A stretch of DNA of 64,000 bases from Bacteroidales bacterium (GTDB lineage Bacteria > Bacteroidota > Bacteroidia > Bacteroidales > WCHB1-69). The notes beneath the pieces were generated by a model. It had not been told where the DNA came from. It saw only the letters and a list, made by a program, of their open reading frames with translations, and made no database searches. The DNA is taken from assembly GCA_017506175.1 (NCBI GenBank), contig JAFVNW010000011.1, positions 20,227 through 84,226 of the forward strand. The letters are read 5' to 3'. Position 1 is the first letter of the stretch. Each line of letters starts with the position of its first letter. Of this stretch, positions 26,101-34,964 are shown piece after piece. A program made the position numbers and the translations under genes.

Positions 26101-26134
26101 TTTGTGAGCTGACTCGCATTAAAATTTGATTTTA

Positions 26135-27169
26135 ATGAATTTTGCCGACATTCTCCTCGCATGGTTTGATGAGAATCATCGCGACTTGCCATGGAGAGGC
26201 GAAAGCGATCCCTACAAAATCTGGGTTTCCGAAATAATCTTGCAACAAACTCGTGTTGTGCAGGGGATTGCGTATTACCACAACTTCCTGGCTCATTTTC
26301 CCGATATTAAAACCCTGGCAAACGCAGCGGAAGACGATGTACTCAAAGTGTGGCAAGGTCTCGGCTATTACAGCCGCGCCCGCAATATGCATGCCGCCGC
26401 ACAATCCATCATGGAAAACCACAACGGCAAATTTCCTCATAACTATCAAGAAATCAGAAAGTTAAAAGGAATCGGCGACTACACCGCCGCCGCCATCGGC
26501 TCCATTGCCTTCAACCTCCCCTACCCCGCCGTGGATGGCAACGTGCTCCGTTTCATCAGCCGCCACTTCGGCATCTTCGACAACATCGCCCTCAACTCCA
26601 CACGCAAGAAGATTGAGGGAATCTGCACCAAGCACCTCCCTCCCAAGCACGCCGGACGTTACAACCAGGCGCTTATGGAGATGGGCGCCATCCAGTGTAC
26701 CCCGCATAACCCCCAATGCGAAAACTGCCCCTTCGCCGAAAGTTGCTACGCCCGCCAACACCTGCAAGTGACGGTGCTTCCCATCAAGGAACAGCAAATA
26801 CACATCAAGGACCGTTTTTTCAATTATCTGATTTATCTTTATGAAAATCAAACGATAATCCAACAAAGAACAGGCAATGATATTTGGAAAGGGCTTTTTG
26901 AATTTCCTTTGGTGGAAACCGAAAACGACACATTTAATATCGACGATTATCTATCAAAAAACGGCATTGCGACAGTAGAAAAACCGACGCTTGGGTTCCA
27001 AAAGAGGCACGTGCTCACACATCAGAACATCCATGCGAAATTCTGGCTGATCCCGTTGTTAAAAATGCCGGAGACCGGCAAAAGCCAACAATTCGTCAAC
27101 CTTACACAATTGAAGGATTTCGCCGTTGCGAAAATCACACAAGAAGCAATCGGACTCCTTGATTGTTAA
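26135..27169 (+). CDS. mutY: A/G-specific adenine DNA glycosylase MutY
   Basis: The start was moved to the ATG at 26135 (the track start is TTG). Motifs are LPWR....PY.IWVSEIILQQT, HhH LKGIGDYTAAAI and Fe-S loop CTPHNPQCENCPFAESC, with a C-terminal NUDIX-like domain. Confidence 0.9.
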   Translation: MNFADILLAWFDENHRDLPWRGESDPYKIWVSEIILQQTRVVQGIAYYHNFLAHFPDIKTLANAAEDDVLKVWQGLGYYSRARNMHAAAQSIMENHNGKFPHNYQEIRKLKGIGDYTAAAIGSIAFNLPYPAVDGNVLRFISRHFGIFDNIALNSTRKKIEGICTKHLPPKHAGRYNQALMEMGAIQCTPHNPQCENCPFAESCYARQHLQVTVLPIKEQQIHIKDRFFNYLIYLYENQTIIQQRTGNDIWKGLFEFPLVETENDTFNIDDYLSKNGIATVEKPTLGFQKRHVLTHQNIHAKFWLIPLLKMPETGKSQQFVNLTQLKDFAVAKITQEAIGLLDC

Positions 27170-27213
27170 CTATAAACAAACCCATACTTCATAACATTAA
27201 AAATCACATCATC

Positions 27214-27246
27214 AAAAAAAGCGGACCGATTGCTCAGTCCGCTTTT
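27214..27246. terminator. Bidirectional terminator between convergent mutY and COG2403 gene
   Basis: An A-run precedes the stem AAGCGGAC (27219-27226) / GTCCGCTT (27237-27244), which is followed by TTTCG. Confidence 0.6.
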
Positions 27247-27266
27247 CGTATTCAAGAAAAGATGAA

Positions 27267-28706
27267 TTATTTCTTCTTGGTAGTGGTTTTCTTAGCAGCT
27301 TTTTTAGCTGAAGGAACCAGTTTGTGTTTCTTGATGAAGTCATCGAGAACTTCCTTGAGGGTGGGTTGTCCAAGTTCTTGGAGTTCGTAACCAACTCTGG
27401 TGCAAGGTTGTTTGATCTTGATGAAGCGTTGGAGATCGATAGGAGTACCGATAACAACGGCATCGCAAGGAGTCTTAGCGATGGTCTTTTCGAGGTCCTT
27501 CATTTGTTTTTCGCCATAGCCCATTGCCGGAAGCAAAGTGCCGATGTTCGGGTATCTCTTGAAGGTGGTGGTCAGTTCGCCAACGGTGTAAGGTCTGGGG
27601 TCGATGAGTTCGGCGGCACCGCATTTCATAGCTGCAACGGTACCGGCACCAATCTTCATTTCGCCGTGAGTCAAAGTCGGACCGTCTTCGATAACGAGGA
27701 CTTTCTTACCCTTGATGACTTCCGGTTTGTCAACGGTGAGGATGGAAGCTGCATCGATGATTTTGGCTTTCGGGTTGATTTTTGCGAGGTTAGCGCGAAC
27801 GGCGTTGATGTTCTCCAAAGAAGCGGAGTCAATCTTGTTGATAACGATGACATCAGCCATACGAGCAACTACTTCGCCCGGATAGTAGCTAACTTCAGCG
27901 CCCGGACGCAACGGGTCGGCAACGCCGATGGTGAGGTCGGGTTTGTAGAACGGGAAGTCGTTGTTACCACCATCCCAGAGAACGATATCGCAACCGTCGG
28001 GATCGTTTTCAGCACCTGCCATTTCAACCCACTTGCCGGTTTGAGGATCTTTGGTCTTGCCGCCTTTGAGGATGGCTTCGTAGTCAACGCCAGCGTAGAT
28101 AACGTTTCTCTTTGTTACTACGTGCGGTTCATACTCTTCCATTTCTTCAATGGTGCAGTTTTGTTTCTTGAGGTCTTCAACACAAGCGAAGCGTTGAACG
28201 ATTTGGTTGTTCAGATCCGGGTCGTACGGCATGGGGTGACGAACGGCAACCACTCTGAAGCCCATTCCAACGAGGTATTCAATGATTTTACGCGAGGTTT
28301 GTGATTTACCGCAACCTGTACGGGTAGCACCAACGGCGATGACCGGTTTGGAAGATTTCACCATGGTGTCATTGGGTCCCATCAGCACGAAGCTTGCGCC
28401 AGCAGCATTTACGATGGCGCTAATACCCATAACGTATGAATACGGTTTGTCGCTGTAAGCGAAAACGCATTCGTCAACGTTGAATTTCTTAATCAGTTCG
28501 GGAAGTTTGGATTCAGGATAAATCTTGATGCCCTTCGGATAGAGGTCTTCACCTGCTAATTCTTTCGGGTACATACGGTCGTCGATTCCGGGGATTTGTT
28601 CAGCCGTGAAAGCAACGACGTTGTAATTTTTGTTGTGACGGAAATAGGTGTTGAAATTGTGGAAGTCACGTCCAGCAGCACCAATGATAATTACATTTCT
28701 TTTCAT
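27267..28706 (-). CDS. COG2403-type predicted GTPase / cyclic 2,3-diphosphoglycerate-synthetase-like protein with Lys-rich C-terminal tail
   Basis: The start was moved to the ATG at 28706 (MKRNVIIIGAAGRDFHNFN...). A P-loop-like segment reads VGATRTGCGKSQTS. The overall pattern matches my recollection of the COG2403/cpgS-like family found in Bacteroidales. The tail is AKKAAKKTTTKKK. Confidence 0.6.
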   Translation of the reverse strand: MKRNVIIIGAAGRDFHNFNTYFRHNKNYNVVAFTAEQIPGIDDRMYPKELAGEDLYPKGIKIYPESKLPELIKKFNVDECVFAYSDKPYSYVMGISAIVNAAGASFVLMGPNDTMVKSSKPVIAVGATRTGCGKSQTSRKIIEYLVGMGFRVVAVRHPMPYDPDLNNQIVQRFACVEDLKKQNCTIEEMEEYEPHVVTKRNVIYAGVDYEAILKGGKTKDPQTGKWVEMAGAENDPDGCDIVLWDGGNNDFPFYKPDLTIGVADPLRPGAEVSYYPGEVVARMADVIVINKIDSASLENINAVRANLAKINPKAKIIDAASILTVDKPEVIKGKKVLVIEDGPTLTHGEMKIGAGTVAAMKCGAAELIDPRPYTVGELTTTFKRYPNIGTLLPAMGYGEKQMKDLEKTIAKTPCDAVVIGTPIDLQRFIKIKQPCTRVGYELQELGQPTLKEVLDDFIKKHKLVPSAKKAAKKTTTKKK

Positions 28707-28762
28707 AAATTTGAAATTTTTAAGTTTATGTAATAAAAAGTTTGTGTTCAAATTTTCGGGTG

Positions 28763-28770
28763 CAAATTTA
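28763..28770 (-). promoter_or_regulatory. -7 box (TAAATTTG on minus strand) for COG2403 gene
   Basis: Plus strand reads CAAATTTA, 57 nt upstream of the ATG at 28706 and beyond the track's TTG start at 28751. Confidence 0.4.
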
Positions 28771-28945
28771 CGATTTTTTTTGAGATTAAATATGTTTTTT
28801 TAACTATAGAAAAAAAAATCAATGAAAAAAAACGGGCTTTCTACATTGTTTTTTTCATTAGATATAACATTGACTCTGAAAAAAAGATGAATAGGGATTT
28901 TGGAAGCTCTTTTTCTCCGCGCTGCTCTACTTCATTCTATTTTTA

Positions 28946-28953
28946 TATTTTTG
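28946..28953 (+). promoter_or_regulatory. -7 box TATTTTTG for S8 peptidase gene
   Basis: 45 nt upstream of the ATG at 28998. It lies inside the track's longer ORF (28887), supporting the shorter model. Confidence 0.45.
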
Positions 28954-28997
28954 CAGCTGGAAAATTGATTTCTCTTATCAAGCCCGTTGTAAAAAAA

Positions 28998-30650
28998 ATG
29001 AAACGAATTACATTCTTCATCGCACTGATTTTCAGCACATTCATTGCATCTTCACAAATCCAGTTGCATGCTTACCGCGTTACTTTCGCCGACAAGAACA
29101 ACTCGCCGTACTCCATTGAGAGGCCGGAGGAATTCCTTTCGCCGCGCGCCCTTGACAAGCGCGCGCGCTTCAACATCCCTGTTACGGAGGAGGACCTGCC
29201 GGTGAACCCGCAATACCTCACCGCGCTACAAAACGTGGATTCTCGCATCCAACTCCTCTCCGTTTCCAAATGGACCAATACCGCCACAATCCTCTGCCCC
29301 GACACGATGGTCATCACCGGCGTGCAGATGCTCCCCTTCGTGACCTCCACCCTGAAGGTGGCGAAGTACGACGAGGAAAACACCAATCCAGTAAGCGGGA
29401 ACCGCACAAACCACGCAAGCACTCTTCCCAAAACAGACATTGACACGACTTCCTACGGATATACTTTCGGACAGATTGCCATCCACAACGGACATCTGCT
29501 GCACGATGCAGGCTTCCGCGGAGAGGGCATGCTGATTGCCGTATTGGACGGCGGCTGGCTCAACATGGACAACATCGGAGCCTTCCAGTCGCTGTACGAA
29601 AACAACCAGATTGTCGGCACCTACGACCTGATTCCCTACTCCGACAACGTTTACACGATGCACGGACACGGCACGCTCGTCACTTCGGAGATGGCCGTAT
29701 CCCTTCAAGACACCTTTGTCGGAGCTGCCCCCGCTGCCAACTACGTGCTCATCCGCAGCGAAGACACGCGCAGTGAACAGCCCATTGAAGAGGATTTCTG
29801 GGCGCGCGGCGCGGAATTGGCCGACAGCCTTGGCGCGGACGTCATCAGCTCGTCGTTGGGTTACACGCAATTCCCAGATTTCGACGAGTACACCACTGAC
29901 TATAGCAGCTGTGACGGCACGAGCATTTGCTCGCGCGCGGCCACGATGGCGGCACATCGCGGAATTGTGGTCTGCATAGCCGCCGGAAACGAAGGAATGA
30001 ACGAGTGGCACAAACTGAGCCGCCCGAGCGACGCCGAGGACATCTTGTGCGTGGGCGCCATCAACGTGAACGGCGTCTATGCCCCCTTCTCCGGCGTAGG
30101 TCCGAGTTACGACGGCCGCGTAAAGCCCGATGTGGTGGCTGTTGGATGGGACTGCTACTTCTGGGCCTCAGAAGACACCATCGTAGCCGGAAACGGCACT
30201 TCTTGTGCCACACCCATCATCGGCGCATTGTCGGCTTGCCTATGGCAAGCACTGCCAGAATACAACTCATTGGAAATAACACAGATAATCCGAGAAAACA
30301 GCCACCAGTTTCTAAGTCCTGACACACTGTTGGGCTACGGCATCCCCAATTATTGGAATGCTTATATAAATAATGTAGATACCACGGGAATGACAACCTT
30401 TGAAACGAGTGCTTATTACATGGTATTTCCCAACCCTACAAAGGACAAGGTCACGGTTATAGGACCCGACATCCGCGAAGTTGCGATTTACGACTTGGGG
30501 GGACACTGCTTAAAACGGCAAAATGGAGTCGCTTCACAAAGGAATTCAGTCGAAATAGACCTTACTTCTTATATTTCGGGTATTTATTTGTTGAGAATTG
30601 TGAATGAAAATGGGGCGGTAGTGAAGAAAATCATCAAAATAAACAATTGA
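28998..30650 (+). CDS. Secreted S8 (subtilisin-family) serine peptidase with T9SS C-terminal sorting domain
   Basis: MKRITFFIALIFSTFIASSQ is the signal peptide. The catalytic triad motifs are IAVLDGGW (Asp), HGHGTLVTS (His) and GNGTSCATPIIGA (Ser). The C-terminal MVFPNPTKDKVTVIG...GIYLLRIVNENGAVVKKIIKINN is a T9SS CTD. Confidence 0.88.
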   Translation: MKRITFFIALIFSTFIASSQIQLHAYRVTFADKNNSPYSIERPEEFLSPRALDKRARFNIPVTEEDLPVNPQYLTALQNVDSRIQLLSVSKWTNTATILCPDTMVITGVQMLPFVTSTLKVAKYDEENTNPVSGNRTNHASTLPKTDIDTTSYGYTFGQIAIHNGHLLHDAGFRGEGMLIAVLDGGWLNMDNIGAFQSLYENNQIVGTYDLIPYSDNVYTMHGHGTLVTSEMAVSLQDTFVGAAPAANYVLIRSEDTRSEQPIEEDFWARGAELADSLGADVISSSLGYTQFPDFDEYTTDYSSCDGTSICSRAATMAAHRGIVVCIAAGNEGMNEWHKLSRPSDAEDILCVGAINVNGVYAPFSGVGPSYDGRVKPDVVAVGWDCYFWASEDTIVAGNGTSCATPIIGALSACLWQALPEYNSLEITQIIRENSHQFLSPDTLLGYGIPNYWNAYINNVDTTGMTTFETSAYYMVFPNPTKDKVTVIGPDIREVAIYDLGGHCLKRQNGVASQRNSVEIDLTSYISGIYLLRIVNENGAVVKKIIKINN

Positions 30651-30716
30651 TTTTCAATGAAATAAATAATTTTTCAAAAAAAAATCAAAACTGATTGCCG
30701 AATCAAAAAATAAATG

Positions 30717-30724
30717 TATTTTTG
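30717..30724 (+). promoter_or_regulatory. -7 box TATTTTTG for tRNA-Thr/tuf transcription unit
   Basis: Matches TAnnTTTG, 50 nt upstream of the tRNA-Thr 5' end. Confidence 0.5.
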
Positions 30725-30735
30725 CAATCTCAAAA

Positions 30736-30762
30736 ATTAAGCGGGTAATGCGTACGCTTAAT
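30736..30762 (+). other. 8-bp leader hairpin between promoter and tRNA-Thr
   Basis: Stem ATTAAGCG (30736-30743) / CGCTTAAT (30755-30762) with an 11-nt loop. It lies in the predicted 5' leader that RNase P would remove. Confidence 0.5.
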
Positions 30763-30773
30763 GGAAGAGAAAT

Positions 30774-30845
<72 letters not shown>

Positions 30846-30901
30846 CAAAATTTTATCTACAAAAGAATTTCATTATTAACGCATTAAATTTATAAGAAAA
30901 A

Positions 30902-32086
30902 ATGGCAAAAGAACATTACGAACGTACTAAACCCCACGTAAATGTGGGTACTATCGGTCACATCGACCACGGCAAGACCACCTTGACTGCCGCCATCACT
31001 AAGGTTTTGGCAGAAAAGGGTTTGTCAGAAATAAGAAGCTTTGATTCTATCGATAACGCTCCCGAGGAAAAGGAACGTGGTATCACCATCAACACCGCTC
31101 ACGTTGAATATCAAACAGCCAACCGTCACTACGCACACGTTGACTGCCCTGGCCACGCCGACTATATTAAGAACATGGTTACTGGTGCTGCTCAGATGGA
31201 TGGTGCTATCCTCGTTGTAGCTGCTACCGACGGTGCAATGCCTCAAACTCGCGAACACGTTCTGTTGGCAAAACAGGTGGGCGTTCCGCGTATGGTCGTT
31301 TTCTTGAACAAATGCGACATGGTTGACGACCCCGAGTTGCTCGACCTCGTTGAAATGGATATCCGCGAACTCCTCGCAAAATACGATTTCGATGAAAACT
31401 CCCCGGTTATCCGCGGCTCCGCGCTTGGCGCTTTGAACGGCGAACCGAAATGGGTTGACAGCGTTATGGAATTGATGGATGCAGTTGACAACTGGATTCC
31501 GCTTCCGCAACGTGACAAAGATAAAGACTTCTTGATGCCTGTTGAAGACGTATTCTCCATCACCGATCGTGGTACCGTTGCTACTGGTAGAATCGAGACT
31601 GGTATCATCAAGACTGGTGATCCCGTTGATATCATCGGTATGGGCGCTGAAAAACTGAAATCAGTTGTTACCGGTGTTGAAATGTTCCGCAAAATTTTGG
31701 ACGAAGGCGAAGCTGGTGATAACGTAGGTTTGCTGCTCCGTGGTATCGACAAAGACGAAATCCGTCGTGGTATTGTTATCGCAAAACCGGGTTCCATCCA
31801 TCCGCACAAAGAATTCATGGCTTCAGTTTATATCCTGAAGAAAGAAGAAGGCGGTCGTCACACCCCGTTCAAAAACAACTACCGTCCTCAATTCTATTTC
31901 CGCACCACCGATGTTACCGGAGAAATCCACTTGCCGGATGGCGTAGAAATGGTAATGCCTGGCGATAACATCCACATCAAGGTTAACTTGCTGTCAGAAA
32001 TCGCTATCAACCTCAACCTCCGTTTCGCTATCCGTGAAGGTGGCCGTACCGTTGGCGCAGGTCAGGTAACTGAAATTTTAGACTAA
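30902..32086 (+). CDS. tuf: Elongation factor Tu
   Basis: 394 aa with [17 protein letters not shown] and NKCD GTPase motifs and a C-terminal [14 protein letters not shown]. Confidence 0.98.
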   Translation: MAKEHYERTKPHVNVGTIGHIDHGKTTLTAAITKVLAEKGLSEIRSFDSIDNAPEEKERGITINTAHVEYQTANRHYAHVDCPGHADYIKNMVTGAAQMDGAILVVAATDGAMPQTREHVLLAKQVGVPRMVVFLNKCDMVDDPELLDLVEMDIRELLAKYDFDENSPVIRGSALGALNGEPKWVDSVMELMDAVDNWIPLPQRDKDKDFLMPVEDVFSITDRGTVATGRIETGIIKTGDPVDIIGMGAEKLKSVVTGVEMFRKILDEGEAGDNVGLLLRGIDKDEIRRGIVIAKPGSIHPHKEFMASVYILKKEEGGRHTPFKNNYRPQFYFRTTDVTGEIHLPDGVEMVMPGDNIHIKVNLLSEIAINLNLRFAIREGGRTVGAGQVTEILD

Positions 32087-32113
32087 TTCTAAAATCACAC
32101 CAATAAAATTTCT

Positions 32114-32146
32114 GAACGGACAAGCCAACAACTTGTCCGTTCTTTT
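32114..32146 (+). terminator. Hairpin after tuf (weak terminator or processing signal)
   Basis: 11-bp perfect stem GAACGGACAAG (32114-32124) / CTTGTCCGTTC (32132-32142) followed by TTTT. It ends 1 nt before tRNA-Trp. Confidence 0.5.
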
Positions 32147-32147
32147 A

Positions 32148-32218
32148 AGGGGAATAGTTTAAGGGCAGAATAGTGGTCTCCAAAACCATTGATGGGAGTT
32201 CGAATCTCTCTTCCCCTG
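32148..32218 (+). tRNA. tRNA-Trp (anticodon CCA)
   Basis: AGGGGAATAGTTTAAGGGCAGAATAGTGGTCTCCAAAACCATTGATGGGAGTTCGAATCTCTCTTCCCCTG. Acceptor is AGGGGAA/TTCCCCT, the anticodon loop is CTCCAAA and the T-arm is GGGAG-TTCGAAT-CTCTC. It occupies the conserved position downstream of tuf. Confidence 0.9.
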
Positions 32219-32223
32219 CACCC

Positions 32224-32253
32224 AAAAGGAACACGAATGCGTTCCTTTTTTTT
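32224..32253 (+). terminator. Rho-independent terminator after tRNA-Trp
   Basis: Stem AAAAGGAAC (32224-32232) / GTTCCTTTT (32241-32249) merging into an 8-T run. Confidence 0.65.
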
Positions 32254-32301
32254 GTTGATCAACCTTGAGAACGCCTGTGATAATTTCCTCAAAAAAAATG
32301 G

Positions 32302-32309
32302 TACTTTTG
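32302..32309 (+). promoter_or_regulatory. -7 box TACTTTTG for murB
   Basis: Matches TAnnTTTG, 26 nt upstream of the murB ATG. Confidence 0.5.
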
Positions 32310-32334
32310 CAGCACCAACTCCAATTCATAGATT

Positions 32335-33345
32335 ATGCGCATCACTTACAACCAAGACCTTACTCATCTCAACACCTTCGCCGTAAAGGCCAGTTGCGAC
32401 AAATTCATCCAGATTGAAGACGAGGACGAAATCCGTCCGCTGCTGGAGACCGACGAACTCAACTCCGCACATTACATCCTTGGCGGCGGAAGTAACGTTC
32501 TCTTCACCCAGCATTTCCACGGCGCAATTGTGCAACTCTGCACTAAAGGCATCCACAAGTTCAACGAGGACACGGATTTCATCTGGCTGGATGTCGCAGC
32601 GGGCGAGCATTGGGATGACTTTGTAAATTACTGCGTAAAAAACAAATACTACGGAGTAGAAAACCTATCAGGCATTCCCGGCTTCGTAGGCAGCTGCCCA
32701 GTACAGAACATCGGTGCCTACAGCGCCGAAGTCAAAGACGTGATTGACAGCGTCTTCGGCTATCGCATCTCCAGCAAGCAACCCTTCACGCTGGCCAATG
32801 CCGACTGCCAATTCGGCTATCGAAGCTCCATTTTTAAAACCACATGGAAAGGCGATGTACTCATCACCCGCGTACGCTTCAAGCTCAGCAAAAAAGAGAA
32901 ACTCACCGTCACCTACAAAGGCCTGATAGAAGAGATGGAAAGCAGCGGCCTGCCGCTCTCGCTGGAGAACGTAGCCAAAGCGGTGGTGGCAGTGCGCAAC
33001 AATAAACTGCCCGACATCCGCGAAATCGGCTGCGCCGGCAGCTTCTTCAAAAATCCGATCGTAAAAGAGGAAGTCCGCAACAAGCTGCTGTCGGAATTCC
33101 CCAACCTTGTTTCCTACCCTGCCGGCGATGGAATGTGCAAACTGGCCGCGGGACAGCTGATCGAGCTCTCAGGGATGAAAGGAGTGCGAGAAAGTAGCAT
33201 CGGCGTCTATCCCAAACAGGCTTTGGTCATCGTCAATTACGGTGGCGCCACCGGCGAAGAGATTCAGCGGTTTTACAGGAAAGTGCAAGAAGCGGTGGAA
33301 CGAACAACCGGCATACGCCTGGAACCTGAGGTGAACATCCTATGA
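32335..33345 (+). CDS. murB: UDP-N-acetylenolpyruvoylglucosamine reductase MurB
   Basis: 336 aa. LTHLNTFAVKASCDKFIQIEDEDEI and ILGGGSNVLF form the FAD-binding domain. Other MurB motifs are GYRSSIFK, GCAGSFFKNP and AAGQLIE. Confidence 0.92.
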   Translation: MRITYNQDLTHLNTFAVKASCDKFIQIEDEDEIRPLLETDELNSAHYILGGGSNVLFTQHFHGAIVQLCTKGIHKFNEDTDFIWLDVAAGEHWDDFVNYCVKNKYYGVENLSGIPGFVGSCPVQNIGAYSAEVKDVIDSVFGYRISSKQPFTLANADCQFGYRSSIFKTTWKGDVLITRVRFKLSKKEKLTVTYKGLIEEMESSGLPLSLENVAKAVVAVRNNKLPDIREIGCAGSFFKNPIVKEEVRNKLLSEFPNLVSYPAGDGMCKLAAGQLIELSGMKGVRESSIGVYPKQALVIVNYGGATGEEIQRFYRKVQEAVERTTGIRLEPEVNIL

Positions 33346-33424
33346 GATAAGGGTGGGGGTTTTCATTCAAGAGAAACCGTAATTAGGAGTATCCGAAATC
33401 CGCAGAAACACAAAAAAAATAATT

Positions 33425-33447
33425 TTTTCAACAATCATTGTTGAAAA
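33425..33447. promoter_or_regulatory. Perfect 23-bp palindrome overlapping the -33 region of the secE-nusG promoter
   Basis: TTTTCAACAAT-C-ATTGTTGAAAA, with 11-bp arms and a 1-nt centre. It ends 12 nt upstream of the -7 box at 33459. Confidence 0.5.
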
Positions 33448-33458
33448 CAAAAAAAATG

Positions 33459-33466
33459 TATATTTG
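33459..33466 (+). promoter_or_regulatory. -7 box TATATTTG for secE-nusG-rplKAJL
   Basis: Matches TAnnTTTG. It implies a leader of about 185 nt before the secE ATG at 33657. Confidence 0.45.
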
Positions 33467-33656
33467 CCAGCTTATTGAAATGTAATGTTCAATGGGAAGT
33501 TTGCGAATGTGACAATCATTATAATTTATTGATTATAAACAAGTTGCAAATCGCTCAAAGAACATTGCGATTCAATGTATTTGATATTGAAACTGACAAA
33601 AAAAGCTGCCAAAACTTCCAAAACCGAATTGAATTAAGGATAAAAATTTAATCAAA

Positions 33657-33848
33657 ATGAGAAAAATAGCAAGATATTTGAAAGAAACTTATGACGAACT
33701 GGCTAACAAGGTTACCTGGCCGACGGCCAAAGATCTTCAAAGCAGCGTGGTAGTCGTGTCCATTGCTTCCCTAATCATTGCGCTCGTCGTAATGTTGATG
33801 GACTGGGTCTTCAGCACAGGAATGCAGCTTGCGTTCCCGCTTGCCTAG
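33657..33848 (+). CDS. secE: Preprotein translocase subunit SecE
   Basis: 63 aa. YLKETYDELANKVTWPT is followed by a single TM (VVVVSIASLIIALVVMLMDWVF). It lies immediately upstream of nusG. Confidence 0.88.
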   Translation: MRKIARYLKETYDELANKVTWPTAKDLQSSVVVVSIASLIIALVVMLMDWVFSTGMQLAFPLA

Positions 33849-33898
33849 GCTTCTGGTTTTGATTATTTTACAGGTATTTACATCAACACTTTAGCAGT

Positions 33899-34450
33899 AT
33901 GGAAGACATCGAAAGAAAGTGGTATGTGATCAGAACGGCATCCGGAACAGAGAAGAAGGTGAAGCAGAACATCGAGAATGAGATTGAAGCCTCACACATC
34001 AAGGATTTTGTTTCGCGCATCCTGATACCGACCGAAAAAGTTTACCAAATCCGCAACGGAAAGAAAATCAGCAAGGAGCACACCTATTTCCCGGGGTACA
34101 TCTTCGTAGAAGTCATGCACCTGGGCGAAGTGCTGCACGTTTTGCTGAACATCCCCGGCGTTTTGGGCTTCGTAGGTTGCAAACACAAGACCGACATTCC
34201 GACGCCGCTCCGTCCTGAAGAGGTTCAACGCATGCTTGGGAAGGTTGACGAATTGCTTGAGCAAGACGAGACCTTTGCTCCCCCCTTCATCGTTGGCGAA
34301 GAAATCAAAGTGATTGACGGCCCGTTCAACACCTTCACAGGCGTGATTGAAGAGATCAACGCCGAGAAGAGAAAGTTGAAGGTCATGGTGAAGATCTTCG
34401 GCCGTAAGACCCCTCTCGAATTAGGTTTTATGCAAGTTGAGAAGGCCTAA
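33899..34450 (+). CDS. nusG: Transcription termination/antitermination factor NusG
   Basis: 183 aa. The NGN domain begins [15 protein letters not shown] and the KOW motif is [22 protein letters not shown]. Confidence 0.95.
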   Translation: MEDIERKWYVIRTASGTEKKVKQNIENEIEASHIKDFVSRILIPTEKVYQIRNGKKISKEHTYFPGYIFVEVMHLGEVLHVLLNIPGVLGFVGCKHKTDIPTPLRPEEVQRMLGKVDELLEQDETFAPPFIVGEEIKVIDGPFNTFTGVIEEINAEKRKLKVMVKIFGRKTPLELGFMQVEKA

Positions 34451-34491
34451 GTACCTACAAACAATTGTTACACTATTAAAAAAAATTAAAA

Positions 34492-34941
34492 ATGGCAAAA
34501 GAAGTAGCTGGACTTATTAAGTTACAAATCAAGGGAGGTGCCGCGAATCCTTCACCGCCAGTAGGACCTGCACTGGGTTCTAAGGGTGTGAACATCATGG
34601 AGTTCTGCAAACAATTCAATGCCCGTACACAGGATAAGGCAGGAAAAATCATTCCGGTCATCATCACTGTCTATAAGGACAAATCGTTTGACTTCGTCAT
34701 CAAGACCCCTCCGGTTGCCGTACAATTGAAAGAGGCAACGAAAGTTCAAAAAGGATCCAAGGAGCCTAACAGAGACAAGGTTGCTACGATTTCCTGGGAC
34801 CAAGTTAAAGTGATAGCCGAAGACAAGATGCCCGACCTGAACTGCTTCACGGTGGAATCCGCCATGTCAATGGTGGCCGGCACTGCACGCAGCATGGGTA
34901 TCAACGTGAAAGGCGGCACGAATCCTTTTGAAAAAAATTAA
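34492..34941 (+). CDS. rplK: 50S ribosomal protein L11
   Basis: [36 protein letters not shown] is the canonical uL11 N-terminus. Confidence 0.97.
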   Translation: MAKEVAGLIKLQIKGGAANPSPPVGPALGSKGVNIMEFCKQFNARTQDKAGKIIPVIITVYKDKSFDFVIKTPPVAVQLKEATKVQKGSKEPNRDKVATISWDQVKVIAEDKMPDLNCFTVESAMSMVAGTARSMGINVKGGTNPFEKN

Positions 34942-34964
34942 TCATTAAAGTAAACTAAATCAAG

